A stretch of DNA of 40,539 nt, from IMG/VR virus record IMGVR_UViG_2541047802_000008. One strand, given 5' to 3'. Below the pieces are notes generated by a model. It had not been told where the DNA came from, searched no databases, and saw only the letters and a program-made list of their open reading frames with translations. The translations under genes and the position numbers were made by a program. Positions 16,843 through 27,482 of the stretch are shown here, piece by piece (the first letter of the stretch is position 1; each line of letters starts with the position of its first letter). Source of the stretch: a virus. Its lineage: Duplodnaviria > Heunggongvirae > Uroviricota > Caudoviricetes.

Positions 16843-17835
16843 ATGACAATGACTGTTAAAGGCTTAACTGCGCTAACGCTGGCTGACTGGGGTAAGCGCG
16901 TCGATCCAAACGGGAAAGTCGATAAGATTATCGAGCTTCTCAGTCAAACCAACCCAATCCTTCAGGATATGCCTTTTGTTGAAGGAAACCTTCCTACCGG
17001 ACACCGAACCACCATTCGTTCTGGTTTGCCTTCCGCTACCTGGCGTTTGCTGAACTATGGCGTACAACCGAGCAAATCAACAACGGTGCAGGTCACTGAT
17101 TCCATTGGCATGCTGGAAACCTATGCTGAAGTCGATAAGTCTCTGGCTGATCTGAACGGTAATACTGCCGAATTCCGCCTGTCTGAAGACCGAGCATTTA
17201 TTGAAGCGATGAATCAGGCGATGGCGCAGACGCTGTTTTACGGTGATTCCAGCGTTAACCCTCAGCAGTTTATGGGACTGTCCTCCCGCTATTCCAGCCT
17301 GTCTGCGGGTAATGCTCAGAACATCATTGATGCTGGTGGCACGGGTACAGATAACACTTCAATCTGGTTAGTGGTGTGGGGCGAAAACACCGTGCATGGC
17401 ATCTTCCCGAAAGGGCAGAAGGCTGGCATCCAGATGGAAGATAAAGGCCAGGTGACACTGGAAGATGCTAATGGCGGCAAGTACGAAGGTTATCGTACCC
17501 ATTATAAGTGGGACAACGGGCTGACATTGCGTGACTGGCGCTATGTTGTTCGCATTGCAAACATCGATGTCAGCAATCTTGACGCTCCTTCTACTGCTGC
17601 GAATATCGCAAAACTGATGATTCGTGCCCTTCATCGAATCCCAAATCGTGGGATGGGACGTCCTATTTTCTACATGAACAGAACCATTAACGAAGTGCTT
17701 GACCTGCAATCTCTGGAGAAGAGTTCTCTGGCGATCAGCGTGAAAGAGACAGAAGGCGAATGGTGGACAGAAATTCGTGGTGTGCCGATTCGCGAAACTG
17801 ACGCACTTCTGGAAACAGAAGCCCGCGTGGTGTAA
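16843..17835 (+). CDS. Major capsid protein
   Basis: 330 aa; AGAGAGG SD; position after the scaffold gene; followed by a stable stem-loop (GTGGGCC-GCAACA-GGCCCAC at 17853..17872). Confidence 0.75.
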   Translation: MTMTVKGLTALTLADWGKRVDPNGKVDKIIELLSQTNPILQDMPFVEGNLPTGHRTTIRSGLPSATWRLLNYGVQPSKSTTVQVTDSIGMLETYAEVDKSLADLNGNTAEFRLSEDRAFIEAMNQAMAQTLFYGDSSVNPQQFMGLSSRYSSLSAGNAQNIIDAGGTGTDNTSIWLVVWGENTVHGIFPKGQKAGIQMEDKGQVTLEDANGGKYEGYRTHYKWDNGLTLRDWRYVVRIANIDVSNLDAPSTAANIAKLMIRALHRIPNRGMGRPIFYMNRTINEVLDLQSLEKSSLAISVKETEGEWWTEIRGVPIRETDALLETEARVV

Positions 17836-17886
17836 CGCCTGTTATTAACCTGTGGGCCGCAACAGGCCCACTAATGGAGAAAGAAG

Positions 17887-18324
17887 ATGATCACCGACAA
17901 ACTGTTGATGTTCTCCGAAGCTCAGGCGGTTACGAATACCGCGGCTTCTACTGACGTAATCGATCTCGGTCCAATTGATGGAAACCGTCGCGATATCGGC
18001 GTGGGTTATCCGCTTGAGTTTTGGGTGCTGGTTAACGAAGCCGCCACGGCAAGTGGTGAGGCAACTGTAAACATCCAGTTGCAGACGAGTGAGAATAACA
18101 GCTCATGGTCCACTATTTATGATAGTGGCGCACTGGCAAAGGCCACCCTGACAGCAGGTAAGCGAGTTGTTTCTGCAAAGGTGCCAGCCGGTGTTCAGCG
18201 ATATCTGCGTGTTAACTACTCCGTCGCAACTGGCCCACTAACGGCTGGCAAATTCACTGCGGGTATCAATCTTGATGTTGATGCCAATACGCCGTATCCG
18301 ATCCGCTCAAAAGTAACTGGTTAA
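17887..18324 (+). CDS. Virion protein (possible capsid decoration or minor capsid protein, 145 aa)
   Basis: Position immediately after the major capsid gene; beta-rich composition. Confidence 0.45.
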   Translation: MITDKLLMFSEAQAVTNTAASTDVIDLGPIDGNRRDIGVGYPLEFWVLVNEAATASGEATVNIQLQTSENNSSWSTIYDSGALAKATLTAGKRVVSAKVPAGVQRYLRVNYSVATGPLTAGKFTAGINLDVDANTPYPIRSKVTG

Positions 18325-18334
18325 GGTGATATTG

Positions 18335-18670
18335 ATGTCAGGTGAGAAACCAAGATACCGCGTTCTGCGCCTCTCTCATATCCATAACACTCTGTGGCCG
18401 GAGGGGGCAGAAATCGAATACGAAGGTGAGCCTGGTAGCGCACTGGAACCTGTTAACGATGCAGCCAGACAGGCAAAAGCAAAAGTTGCAGGAAAGGTGT
18501 CAATGGCAGCAACCAGCACCAAAATCATCAACGATGTGTCAGATGATGGTGAACTGGATAAGCTCCGTGAAGAGTACGAATTGCTCTTTAACGAGAAGCC
18601 ACACCATAACGCCAAAGCAGAAACGCTCCGCGAGAAGATCGCAGATAAGCGTAAAGAACTGGGCGTGTAA
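18335..18670 (+). CDS. Hypothetical virion-module protein (111 aa)
   Basis: AAGGTGA SD, ATG 18335. Confidence 0.5.
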   Translation: MSGEKPRYRVLRLSHIHNTLWPEGAEIEYEGEPGSALEPVNDAARQAKAKVAGKVSMAATSTKIINDVSDDGELDKLREEYELLFNEKPHHNAKAETLREKIADKRKELGV

Positions 18671-18686
18671 GCCTCGCGGATCAGAC

Positions 18687-18708
18687 AAGGGGCTTCGGCC
18701 CCTTTATT
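18687..18708 (+). terminator. Intra-operon intrinsic terminator or attenuator candidate
   Basis: AAGGGGC-TTCG-GCCCCTT hairpin followed by TATTG; likely partial termination after the capsid-proximal genes. Confidence 0.45.
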
Positions 18709-18720
18709 GCAGGAGTGTAT

Positions 18721-19044
18721 ATGGAACTCGTAAACCTCAAAACCGGCACTGACAGCTACCAGGATGAGAGCGGAGAAACCAGAACTCGCGATGAATACCC
18801 GTGGGGGCTGTGCATCACGCTGAATAACGACTCATTGAATAAGCTGAAGGCGCAACCTCAGGGCGTCGGAACAGAAGTGATGATAACTGCAAAGGCTGTT
18901 ATTCGAGGCCTGTCTGCCAGAGAAACTGACGATGGCGTTAATCGCAGCGCCGATCTGCAGATCACTGATATGGCGATCGCTCCTGTTTCCGGGGATGTAG
19001 AAAAATCAGCGGCGGAAACTCTGTACGGTAACGGAGGTGAGTGA
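18721..19044 (+). CDS. Hypothetical virion-module protein (107 aa)
   Basis: AGGAG SD, ATG 18721; C-terminal SAAETLYG motif shared with the scaffold C-terminus (SAAEVLYG). Confidence 0.5.
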   Translation: MELVNLKTGTDSYQDESGETRTRDEYPWGLCITLNNDSLNKLKAQPQGVGTEVMITAKAVIRGLSARETDDGVNRSADLQITDMAIAPVSGDVEKSAAETLYGNGGE

Positions 19045-19649
19045 TGTCCTCTGTAGTAGAGATCTGTAATCGTGCGCTGTCCAATATTGGCAACAGCCGC
19101 AGCATTAACAGCCTGACGGAAGCCAGCAAGGAAGCGGGGGAATGTTCGCTGCACTTTGAGGCCTGCCGTGATGCTGTGCTTTCTGATTTTGACTGGAACT
19201 TTGCTACCAAACGCGTGGCGCTTGCAGATACGAGCAATCCACCGCCTGACTGGGAATATGCGTACCAGTACCCGTCAGATTGTCTGCGCATTACTGAAAT
19301 TATGCTTCCTGGTGTACGCAATCCAACAGCAGCAATGCGCGTTCAGTACGAAGTTGGTGCAGACACCAACGGAACAGGAAAGTTGATCTACACAGACCAG
19401 CCTCAGGCATGGCTCAAGTATGTCTCTCGCGTTACAGATGTGAACATGTTTGATGCCATTTTTATGGAGGCGTTGGCCTGGCGTCTTGCGGCAGCTATTA
19501 ACATGGCGCTGACTGGGAATGCAGACCTCGGTACGTTTGCCCTCAATATGTACAATCGCGTGATTCTTAGTGCTGGCTCGCATAGCCAGAATGAATCACA
19601 GGAACCACAGCCACCGGTTGACGAGTTTACCATTGCGAGGTTGTCCTGA
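19044..19649 (+). CDS. Tail tubular protein A / adaptor (T7 gp11-like)
   Basis: 201 aa; N-terminal ICNRALSNIGNSRSINSLTE parallels the T7 gp11 N-terminus as recalled; GGAGGTGA SD; TGATG overlap with the previous gene. Confidence 0.6.
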   Translation: MSSVVEICNRALSNIGNSRSINSLTEASKEAGECSLHFEACRDAVLSDFDWNFATKRVALADTSNPPPDWEYAYQYPSDCLRITEIMLPGVRNPTAAMRVQYEVGADTNGTGKLIYTDQPQAWLKYVSRVTDVNMFDAIFMEALAWRLAAAINMALTGNADLGTFALNMYNRVILSAGSHSQNESQEPQPPVDEFTIARLS

Positions 19650-22126
19650 TGGCTATCAGTTGGATTCAGCCCAGCTTTGCTGGTGGTGAGATTGGACCGT
19701 CGTTGTACGGACGTATCGACATGGCGAAGTACCAGGTGGCATTGCGCAAGTGCGATAACTTTATCGTGCGGCAGTATGGCGGCGTTGAGAATCGACCTGG
19801 TACGCGTTTTGTCGGTGCCGCCAAATATCCAAATCGGAAATGCCGCCTGATCCCGTTCCAGTTCTCGACGGTTCAGACCTATGCTCTGGAGTTCGGACAC
19901 CAGTACATGCGCGTTATCAAAGATGGTGCGTTGGTGCTGAACAGCAGCAATGTTATTTATGAAATTTCCACGCCATATACTGAAGCCGATCTGTTCCGAA
20001 TTAAATTCACGCAAAGCGCAGACGTGCTTACGCTGGTTCATCCGGCATACCCGCCGAAAGAGTTGCGCCGCTATGCGCATGACAACTGGCAACTGGTTGA
20101 TGTGGTAACGAAGAACGGGCCATTTGAAGATATCAATATTGACGAGTCAGTGACGGTTTATGCCAGCGCCAGCACCGGGACAATTACGTTAACGGCAAGC
20201 GCCTCTATTTTTGGCGCGGAGCAGGTAGGCAAATTGTTCTATCTGGAACAGCCTGCAGTGGATTCAGTGCCGGTATGGGAAACCAGTAAGAGTACGTCGA
20301 TTGGCGATATTCGCCGTGCAGACAGTAACTACTATCGAGCCGTTACAGCAGGCAAAACAGGTACTTTGCGCCCTTCGCATACAGAAGGCACATCATGGGA
20401 TGGCTGGGGCGGATCCGGTGATGATGATACTGGCATTGAGTGGGAATATCTGCACAGTGGTTTTGGCATTGCCCGTATCACTGCTGCAAATGGAACTACT
20501 GCAACTGCCGAGGTGATTTCCTATATCCCTTCGCAGGTAGTTGGCGAGGATAATGCCAGCTATAAATGGGCTAAATATGCCTGGAACAGTGTTAATGGTT
20601 ATCCTGGCACTGTTGTTTATTATCAACAACGTCTTTACTTCGCCGCATCGACTGCGTTCCCTCAGACTATCTGGGCCAGCCGTACCGGGGATTATAAGGA
20701 TTTTGGCAAAAGCAATCCTACGCAGGATGACGACAGAATTATCTACACCTATGCCGGGCGTCAGGTTAATGAGATCCGCCACCTGATTGATGTCGGTTCG
20801 CTGGTGGCGCTGACTTCCGGAGGTGAGTACGTCATCACTGGCGACCAGAACAAAGTGCTTACCCCATCATCATTTGCATTCAGCTCTCAGGGATCAAATG
20901 GCTCGAGCAATGTCCCACCAATTGCCGTGGCGAATATTGCTCTGTTCGTCCAGGAGAAAGGCAGTGTTGTCCGTGATCTGGCCTACTCATTCGATGTTGA
21001 CGGCTATCAGGGGAACGACCTGACCATCCTTGCCAATCATCTTTTTCAGAAGCACAGCATTGTTGACTGGTGCTTCTCAATAGTCCCTTACTCCAGCGCC
21101 TTCTGCATCCGTGATGACGGTAAATTACTGGTGATGACCTATTTGCGTGATCAACAGGTTTTTGCATGGGCACCACAGTCCAGTACCGGAAAATATGAAA
21201 GCACATGCAGTATCAGCGAAGGCAATGAAGATGCGGTGTATTTCGTCATTAACCGAACCGTTAACGGGCAAACAGTGAGATACATCGAGCGACTGTCCAG
21301 CCGTTTATTTACCAGCGATGAAGATGCTTTCTTTGTTGATTCTGGCCTTAGCTATGATGGAAGAAATACGTCTGACAGAACGATGACCATCACTGGTGGT
21401 TCTGGCGAATGGGATTACCGCGCGGAATATACAATCAGTGTTTCTGGTGGTGCGTACTTCACCAGTAGTGATGTCGGCGCGCAACTACAGTTCCCTTTCC
21501 CTTATACCGGAACTGATCCTGATACTGGCGATGAGGTGTCAAAAGAATTACGTTGCGACATTATTTCTGTAACCAGCAATACCGCTGTAGTGGTTCGTGC
21601 TAACAGGAACGTCCCGCCATCCCTCAGGAATGTGGCCACCACGAACTGGCAGATGGCGCGCCGGACATTTGGAGGCCTGTCTCATCTTGAAGGCCAGACC
21701 GTAAACATTCTCTCTGATGCGAACGTGGAACCACAGAAAGTGGTTTCCGGAGGTGCCGTCACGCTGGAATCACCGGGGGCTGTAGTGCACATCGGCCTGC
21801 CAATAACTGCTGAATTCGAAACACTGGATATCAACATTAACGGACAGGAAACGCTGCTGGACAAAAAACAGGTGATCCCGTCCGTTACTCTGGTTGTGAA
21901 TGCCAGTCGCGGCATCTGGGCGACTACGCCCGGCGGTAAATGGTACGAATATCCACAGCGTGAATTCGAGTTCTACGATGATCCTGTTGATGATGCTACC
22001 GGAAAAGTAGAAGTGAAACTGGACAGTAACTGGGGCAAAAACGGACGTGTAAAAATCCGTCAGCTTGATCCGTTGCCGCTGTCTGTTCTTGCCGTTATTC
22101 CTCGCCTTACTGTTGGTGGGTTCTGA
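19649..22126 (+). CDS. Large tail protein (tail tubular protein B / nozzle-like)
   Basis: 825 aa; follows the gp11-like gene as in T7-like gene order; family assignment uncertain. Confidence 0.55.
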   Translation: MAISWIQPSFAGGEIGPSLYGRIDMAKYQVALRKCDNFIVRQYGGVENRPGTRFVGAAKYPNRKCRLIPFQFSTVQTYALEFGHQYMRVIKDGALVLNSSNVIYEISTPYTEADLFRIKFTQSADVLTLVHPAYPPKELRRYAHDNWQLVDVVTKNGPFEDINIDESVTVYASASTGTITLTASASIFGAEQVGKLFYLEQPAVDSVPVWETSKSTSIGDIRRADSNYYRAVTAGKTGTLRPSHTEGTSWDGWGGSGDDDTGIEWEYLHSGFGIARITAANGTTATAEVISYIPSQVVGEDNASYKWAKYAWNSVNGYPGTVVYYQQRLYFAASTAFPQTIWASRTGDYKDFGKSNPTQDDDRIIYTYAGRQVNEIRHLIDVGSLVALTSGGEYVITGDQNKVLTPSSFAFSSQGSNGSSNVPPIAVANIALFVQEKGSVVRDLAYSFDVDGYQGNDLTILANHLFQKHSIVDWCFSIVPYSSAFCIRDDGKLLVMTYLRDQQVFAWAPQSSTGKYESTCSISEGNEDAVYFVINRTVNGQTVRYIERLSSRLFTSDEDAFFVDSGLSYDGRNTSDRTMTITGGSGEWDYRAEYTISVSGGAYFTSSDVGAQLQFPFPYTGTDPDTGDEVSKELRCDIISVTSNTAVVVRANRNVPPSLRNVATTNWQMARRTFGGLSHLEGQTVNILSDANVEPQKVVSGGAVTLESPGAVVHIGLPITAEFETLDININGQETLLDKKQVIPSVTLVVNASRGIWATTPGGKWYEYPQREFEFYDDPVDDATGKVEVKLDSNWGKNGRVKIRQLDPLPLSVLAVIPRLTVGGF

Positions 22127-22590
22127 TGATAGATGTTCAAATTATTCCCGCAACCGAAGAGCATCTTCAGATGATTTTGCCGGATGTTCGTCAGGCTGAT
22201 ATTGACGAACTGTATGCGGTATCACTGATGACTACCGAAGATGCGCTGCGTGTTGGTCTGCGTACTGCGACTATGGCCTGGTCAGGATTTGCGAACGGAG
22301 AACTGGTAACCATGTTTGGCGTATCTCCGGCGTCAATGATCGGTGGCAATGGTACGCCCTGGCTGGTAGGAACCAGCCGTATTGAAAAATATCAGAAGAC
22401 ATTTCTTCGCCACTGCCGCCCTGTATTGCAGCAGATGCTGGCAGTTTATCCGCGCCTGGAAAACTACGTCGACGAGCGAAACCATGTTGCCAAAGCATGG
22501 CTGCACTGGCTTGGATTCAGGCTTGAAGAAGCCGCGCCTTATGGTGCTCTTGGTCTTAATTTCCACAGATTTCACATGGAGAGAAAATAA
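22126..22590 (+). CDS. Virion-module protein (154 aa), possibly internal virion protein
   Basis: ATGA overlap with the preceding gene; GGTGGG SD. Confidence 0.45.
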   Translation: MIDVQIIPATEEHLQMILPDVRQADIDELYAVSLMTTEDALRVGLRTATMAWSGFANGELVTMFGVSPASMIGGNGTPWLVGTSRIEKYQKTFLRHCRPVLQQMLAVYPRLENYVDERNHVAKAWLHWLGFRLEEAAPYGALGLNFHRFHMERK

Positions 22591-23165
22591 TGTGCGATCC
22601 GGTTATTGCTGGTGGCGCAATGCTCGCCATGAGTGGCATTCAGGCATACACCCAGTACCAACAGGGAAAGTATGCCTCGAAGGTTGCAGAAGCGAACGCA
22701 GATATAGCCACTGCTCAGGCAAATGATGCAATAAACAGAGGTAACGCTGAAGCTGAGCAACGGCGCAGAGAGACCCGACAGCGGCTTGGTACACAGGCGG
22801 CGACAATGGGGGCGACCGGCGCCGATTTATCTACAGGTAACGCGCTGGATATATTTGGTGACACTGCTCAGTTCGGCGCTCTTGATTCGCTGACGACGGT
22901 GAATAACGCGCAACGCGAGGCTTACGGTTATCAGGTTCAGGCTGCCAACTATAAAGCAGAAGCCAGTTCAGCCCGTAAACAGGGGAATGTGGGAGCAGCA
23001 ACAACATTGCTCACTGCGCCTCTGAAGGCATACGGTGCGTACCAGATGTTTGGTGGGACGTGGAGTCCGTTCTCTAAAGGAAGTACATCTAGTGGTGGGA
23101 CGCCAATGTTATCTAACTCAGGTTTTATGAATTCTGACTCCCGATTCAAAATAGGAGGTTACTGA
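22590..23165 (+). CDS. Virion-module protein (191 aa), possibly internal virion protein
   Basis: GGAGAG SD; Ala/Gly/Gln-rich. Confidence 0.45.
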   Translation: MCDPVIAGGAMLAMSGIQAYTQYQQGKYASKVAEANADIATAQANDAINRGNAEAEQRRRETRQRLGTQAATMGATGADLSTGNALDIFGDTAQFGALDSLTTVNNAQREAYGYQVQAANYKAEASSARKQGNVGAATTLLTAPLKAYGAYQMFGGTWSPFSKGSTSSGGTPMLSNSGFMNSDSRFKIGGY

Positions 23166-25678
23166 TGCCTGTTGTTCCTACTACATCCGGACGCCAGGTG
23201 CAAAGTCGTGGTGTGCAAACCGGTGGTTTTCAAACCTTCGATGTTCCTCAAGCAGGTCAGGTGCTGGCGAATGTCGCAGATCAGTATGCGGTGGCATATG
23301 GTGAAGCCAGGCAGAAAGCGAATGTTGCTATGGCTCAGGATGCTTCTCTTAGCTTAAGCCAGATAAGCAGCGATCTGCTGAATAACCCTGAAACAGGTTT
23401 GCTTAACCTGAAAGGGAAAAATGCTATTGGAAAAGGTCAGGAGTATACGCAGCAGTTTGATGCTCAGGTCGAACAACTGGCTATGTCGCTGCCGGATGAA
23501 CAGGCTCGTAATGCTTTCATGCAGCAGGCGCAGCAGCAGCGCATTCAGTTCACTACGCAGGCCGGGCGGCACGAGATAGGGCAAATAAATGCCTACGAAG
23601 AAGGCCAGTTTCAGGCTACGCTGCTGAACAATGGTAAAAATGCCGCAGCATTGTATGGCGACAACGCCGCATACGTATTGGCTAATAAGCAAACTTTCCA
23701 GCAAATTGAGGATTACGGCATTGCACATGGCTGGAGTGACGAGCAAATCCAGGCCAAGAAAATCGAGTTTAAAGAAGCAACAGCAAAAGCAACTGCTCAA
23801 AATGCTATTGGAGCAAACTATCTTCAGGTAAGACAGCAAAACGGCGAGTTAAGCGATACTGCTGCTGGTTCTCGCCGTGCTGTAGCAGATAGTGGCTCTT
23901 CCGATCGTACCCGCGGTATACGCAACAATAACCCCGGCAATCTTGAATACAGCAAAACTAATCCGTGGGTTGGGCAGACTGGTGATGATGGTCGCTTTGC
24001 CAAATTCGAAACCCCTGAACACGGTATTCGTGCATTAGGGCGGAACCTGATGTCGTATCAGCGGCAGGGTATTGATACCGTCAGCGAGATAATTAATCGC
24101 TGGGCACCGCCTACTGATAAAAATGACACTATGTCGTATATCAAAGCAGTGTGCGAACAACTTGGCGTTTCTGCTGATGAGCCTCTCGATGCATCAAATC
24201 CTGATACCCTGAAGGCGCTTTGTGCAGCCATTATCCATCATGAAAACGGTAGCCAGCCATACAGTGATCAGCAGTTAACTGCAGGTGTTAGTGCTGCGCT
24301 GGGGCTTTCTCAGCTACCGACAAAAAATAAACGTTATACCGGTGTAGCCTGGTTCGATGCTTTAAGTGAATCAGATCAGGCCAGCGTGTTGCGACAGACT
24401 GATGCACTAGCCAGACAACAGCAGGCTGAATATAAAACGATGCTCGACAGCCGGGTTCGCGATGCGACGGCTGCGTATATGCGTGGCATTGAATTTCCTA
24501 ACCCACCTGGTGAGGATGATTTTATTGCAGCTTATGGAGTCAGAGAAGGAAACCTGCGATATACCGAGTTTAAGAATACGCAGATCGCCGGACAGTATAT
24601 AGGCTCTTTCCGCAACATGCCGACAAGCAGCATTACAGCATATGTTGAGCAATTACGCCCGGATACTGGTGATACAGGGGAGGGGTATGCGGCACGCGCA
24701 ACTCTTTATGACAACGTTGTTTCGGCTGCAAATCAGGTGATAAAGCAGCGGCAGTCGGATCCTGTGCAGTTCTCTCTTGCCTCCGGACAGGCAAAGCCTA
24801 TCGACATGAGCAATAAGGATAACTTTGGACAGAGCGTTGCCTTGCGTGCCGCTCAGGTCAGTGACCTTGCTAAGTCATATGGCACTCCACTGACGTTCTT
24901 TTCCAAAGACGAGGCCAATCAGATCGGTGTTTTCTTTCGTGATGCTCCAGTTTCCCAACAGGCAGCATATCTCGATACCATCAGGCAGAGCACTGGTGGT
25001 GGGCAGGTGTATATGTCAGCACTACAGCAGATCAGTGCCAACGCTCCATCTGCTGCCGTTGCCGGGATACTGATGGATAAGCCTGGTGGTATTTTGGCAG
25101 AAAAAAACTGGTTTAATCCGGATGTTTCCGTGTCTCCTGAAACCGCTGCGCAGACAATTCTTGCTGGCGCGGCGGCTCGTAAAGGTACTGATGATGCGAA
25201 AGGTATTCCGATGCCTAAAGATGCTGATCTTCGCCTTGAGTTTTCTGACATGGTGAAGGATGCATTTGCTGGTGACGCTCAGGGCGCATCAATGGCATAC
25301 GAGATCGCAAAGGATTATTACGCTGGTGTGATGGCGAAAAAAGGCGTGGTATCAGGCGAAATTGACAATGATGTCTGGAAACAGGCTGTTAACGTAGCTA
25401 CAGGTGGCGTGCATGACTATAACGGAATGGGGAATGTCCTTTTGCCGTGGGGAATGTCTGCAGAGCAATTCGATAAGCAGGTTAATCAGGCTTGGAATGA
25501 ACAAGTTGTCGGCTCCGGGATAAAAACACCGCCTGGTCAGTATGGTTTGCAAAGTTACGGCGATAGTCAGTACCTGGTGAAACTTGGTACTGGTTATCTG
25601 CTGAAAGATGATGGTTCTCCCGTTGTTCTTAATCTGACACAGAAGCGTCAGAGATTCTCCGGAGATATTCCGCAATGA
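23165..25678 (+). CDS. Internal virion / DNA-ejection protein (837 aa), possible cell-wall hydrolase-like segment
   Basis: AGGAGG SD; large protein in the injection-protein position; the segment GIRNNNPGNLEYSKTNPWVGQ resembles motifs seen in virion-associated hydrolases (memory-based, unverified). Confidence 0.55.
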   Translation: MPVVPTTSGRQVQSRGVQTGGFQTFDVPQAGQVLANVADQYAVAYGEARQKANVAMAQDASLSLSQISSDLLNNPETGLLNLKGKNAIGKGQEYTQQFDAQVEQLAMSLPDEQARNAFMQQAQQQRIQFTTQAGRHEIGQINAYEEGQFQATLLNNGKNAAALYGDNAAYVLANKQTFQQIEDYGIAHGWSDEQIQAKKIEFKEATAKATAQNAIGANYLQVRQQNGELSDTAAGSRRAVADSGSSDRTRGIRNNNPGNLEYSKTNPWVGQTGDDGRFAKFETPEHGIRALGRNLMSYQRQGIDTVSEIINRWAPPTDKNDTMSYIKAVCEQLGVSADEPLDASNPDTLKALCAAIIHHENGSQPYSDQQLTAGVSAALGLSQLPTKNKRYTGVAWFDALSESDQASVLRQTDALARQQQAEYKTMLDSRVRDATAAYMRGIEFPNPPGEDDFIAAYGVREGNLRYTEFKNTQIAGQYIGSFRNMPTSSITAYVEQLRPDTGDTGEGYAARATLYDNVVSAANQVIKQRQSDPVQFSLASGQAKPIDMSNKDNFGQSVALRAAQVSDLAKSYGTPLTFFSKDEANQIGVFFRDAPVSQQAAYLDTIRQSTGGGQVYMSALQQISANAPSAAVAGILMDKPGGILAEKNWFNPDVSVSPETAAQTILAGAAARKGTDDAKGIPMPKDADLRLEFSDMVKDAFAGDAQGASMAYEIAKDYYAGVMAKKGVVSGEIDNDVWKQAVNVATGGVHDYNGMGNVLLPWGMSAEQFDKQVNQAWNEQVVGSGIKTPPGQYGLQSYGDSQYLVKLGTGYLLKDDGSPVVLNLTQKRQRFSGDIPQ

Positions 25679-27477
25679 GTTACTTTGGCCTTAATCCAGT
25701 AAACCAGAATCAGCAGCTTGACGAAGCAGCATCAAATCCAGCTGGCTTTAACAGCGATGTTGGTTTTTTCGACAATGCTGTAGGAGCGGCATTGTCTGGT
25801 TTGTACTCCGGGCTGGTGGCAAAGCCAGATCAGTTGCTATGGGCAGGGATGGATAAAATCGTATCCCCGATTGCTCAGTTTGTTAACGAAAACACCTCGA
25901 TCAATGACACTTCAGTTTCATACATTGCTGAGCAGAGAAAACTAGCAGAGCAGCAGGTTAAGCGGCTGACGCCTGATGCCGCGACAACCGGAACCGCCGG
26001 GCAGGTCCTTTATGGGTTGTTCGATATGGGCGGGCAGGCTGTTGTCGGTACAACGCTCGGTGGTCCGGTCGGAGGTGCTGCGGCGGTAACTTCTCTACAG
26101 GGTTTTTCTGAGTTTGAACGGCTTACAGCACAGGGTGTTGATTTCAGGACGGCGCAGGAAGCGGGATTAGTGCAGGGTATTACTGCTGGTGCCGGAACAC
26201 TGATCCCTATGAGCCTCGGGTTACGTGCTGGTGGTGCGCTGGCGGAAGGTGTGGCGGCTCAGCTTGCGCGGACGGGTGAAAGTTCAGTGCGACGCGCCGC
26301 AGCAACAGCAGTACGTGCAACGCCAGATATTGCCTATGCCGCAGGTACAAATATTGCGTTCGGTATGGCACAGCGTGGGCTTACTGCAAAAACGCTTCGT
26401 GATGGTGGCTATAGCGAAATGGCTAACCAGTATGATGTGTTGGATCGACAGGCAATTGCTATTGATGCTGTTCTTGGGGTGGCGTTTGGTGGTGTCGGCA
26501 GATTTATTAACTCTCGCGGCGAGTCTACAAGCGCACCAAATTTTTCACCAGTTGATATCGATGCTGCACTGGCGGCGAATGCCGCTCATCATGCTGAAAT
26601 TGATATTGCTCCCGGCGTGCCGATCAACGTGCTTTCGCGTAATTCGCACATTCAGGCTCTGCGAAAAGCCATGTCTGATGTTAGCCAGGGGAGACCTGTA
26701 GACGTTGCCAGCATTGTTGAGTCTGCATCTTTCAGTGAAATTCCTGGACGCAAGAGTCTGCTGTCTCAGGCAGTTAATGAGGCTCTGTCATCTGTAGATG
26801 ATGGAGTAACGGCGCGCGCTATAGAAAATCGGTTGCTTGAAGAACAGGCCGCGCAGCTTTTGCCGCGTGGCGATAGACAGGTTTACCAGTCTGAAATCGC
26901 TAATAGCCAACGAATTATTGAAAATCTCACTGAACAGCGCGCACAAATTCTTGCAGAAGATCCAGCCGGTAGCGGTAAGGCTTTATCTCGTGCTCGATCA
27001 GATAAACAGGCCAGACTTCGCGATATTGACCAACGAATCCGGCAGGCACAAGAACGCCTGGAATTTTCTCGTAACGCGTTGGCACCGCATGAGCCTGGCG
27101 GTCAGTTTTTTGAAGCTCGAGCAGAACTGGCTCGGAGACAGCAGGCAGAAAGTGAACTTAATGCTCAGGCTGTTTCATTCTATAAAACAGCAGAGGTCAG
27201 GACGCCAGACGAAGTAGCTCCTTTTGAGCCTGATAAAATATTGCAACAGGCAGAACAAAAAATGATGTCAGATCAGGCAGGAGATATTGATTTGCGCATA
27301 GCTGAAGACTCGCTGATTGAATCACCTGACATGATAATCACCGTGCTGGATGATGATGGTAATCCACAATCGCGCAGTGCGCGTGAAGCACTGGATGAAG
27401 CGAACAGGGAAAGTGAGCAGGCAATACAGGATTCCAGCCTGTTTGATGTCGCTGTGGCGTGTTTCTTGAGAGGTTAA
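25675..27477 (+). CDS. Internal virion / DNA-ejection protein (600 aa)
   Basis: ATGA overlap with the upstream gene; Ala/Gly-rich N-terminus and coiled-coil-like C-terminus. Confidence 0.55.
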   Translation: MSYFGLNPVNQNQQLDEAASNPAGFNSDVGFFDNAVGAALSGLYSGLVAKPDQLLWAGMDKIVSPIAQFVNENTSINDTSVSYIAEQRKLAEQQVKRLTPDAATTGTAGQVLYGLFDMGGQAVVGTTLGGPVGGAAAVTSLQGFSEFERLTAQGVDFRTAQEAGLVQGITAGAGTLIPMSLGLRAGGALAEGVAAQLARTGESSVRRAAATAVRATPDIAYAAGTNIAFGMAQRGLTAKTLRDGGYSEMANQYDVLDRQAIAIDAVLGVAFGGVGRFINSRGESTSAPNFSPVDIDAALAANAAHHAEIDIAPGVPINVLSRNSHIQALRKAMSDVSQGRPVDVASIVESASFSEIPGRKSLLSQAVNEALSSVDDGVTARAIENRLLEEQAAQLLPRGDRQVYQSEIANSQRIIENLTEQRAQILAEDPAGSGKALSRARSDKQARLRDIDQRIRQAQERLEFSRNALAPHEPGGQFFEARAELARRQQAESELNAQAVSFYKTAEVRTPDEVAPFEPDKILQQAEQKMMSDQAGDIDLRIAEDSLIESPDMIITVLDDDGNPQSRSAREALDEANRESEQAIQDSSLFDVAVACFLRG

Positions 27478-27482
27478 ATTAA

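Noticed and set aside
19403-20092. 229-aa antisense ORF across the gp11-like/gp12-like junction
   Set aside because: Antisense to a contiguous, translationally coupled late-gene array; no RBS; shadow ORF.
26225-26701. 158-aa alternate-frame ORF inside the 600-aa virion protein gene
   Set aside because: Same-strand internal out-of-frame ORF with Trp/Arg/Leu-rich composition; no independent start signals.
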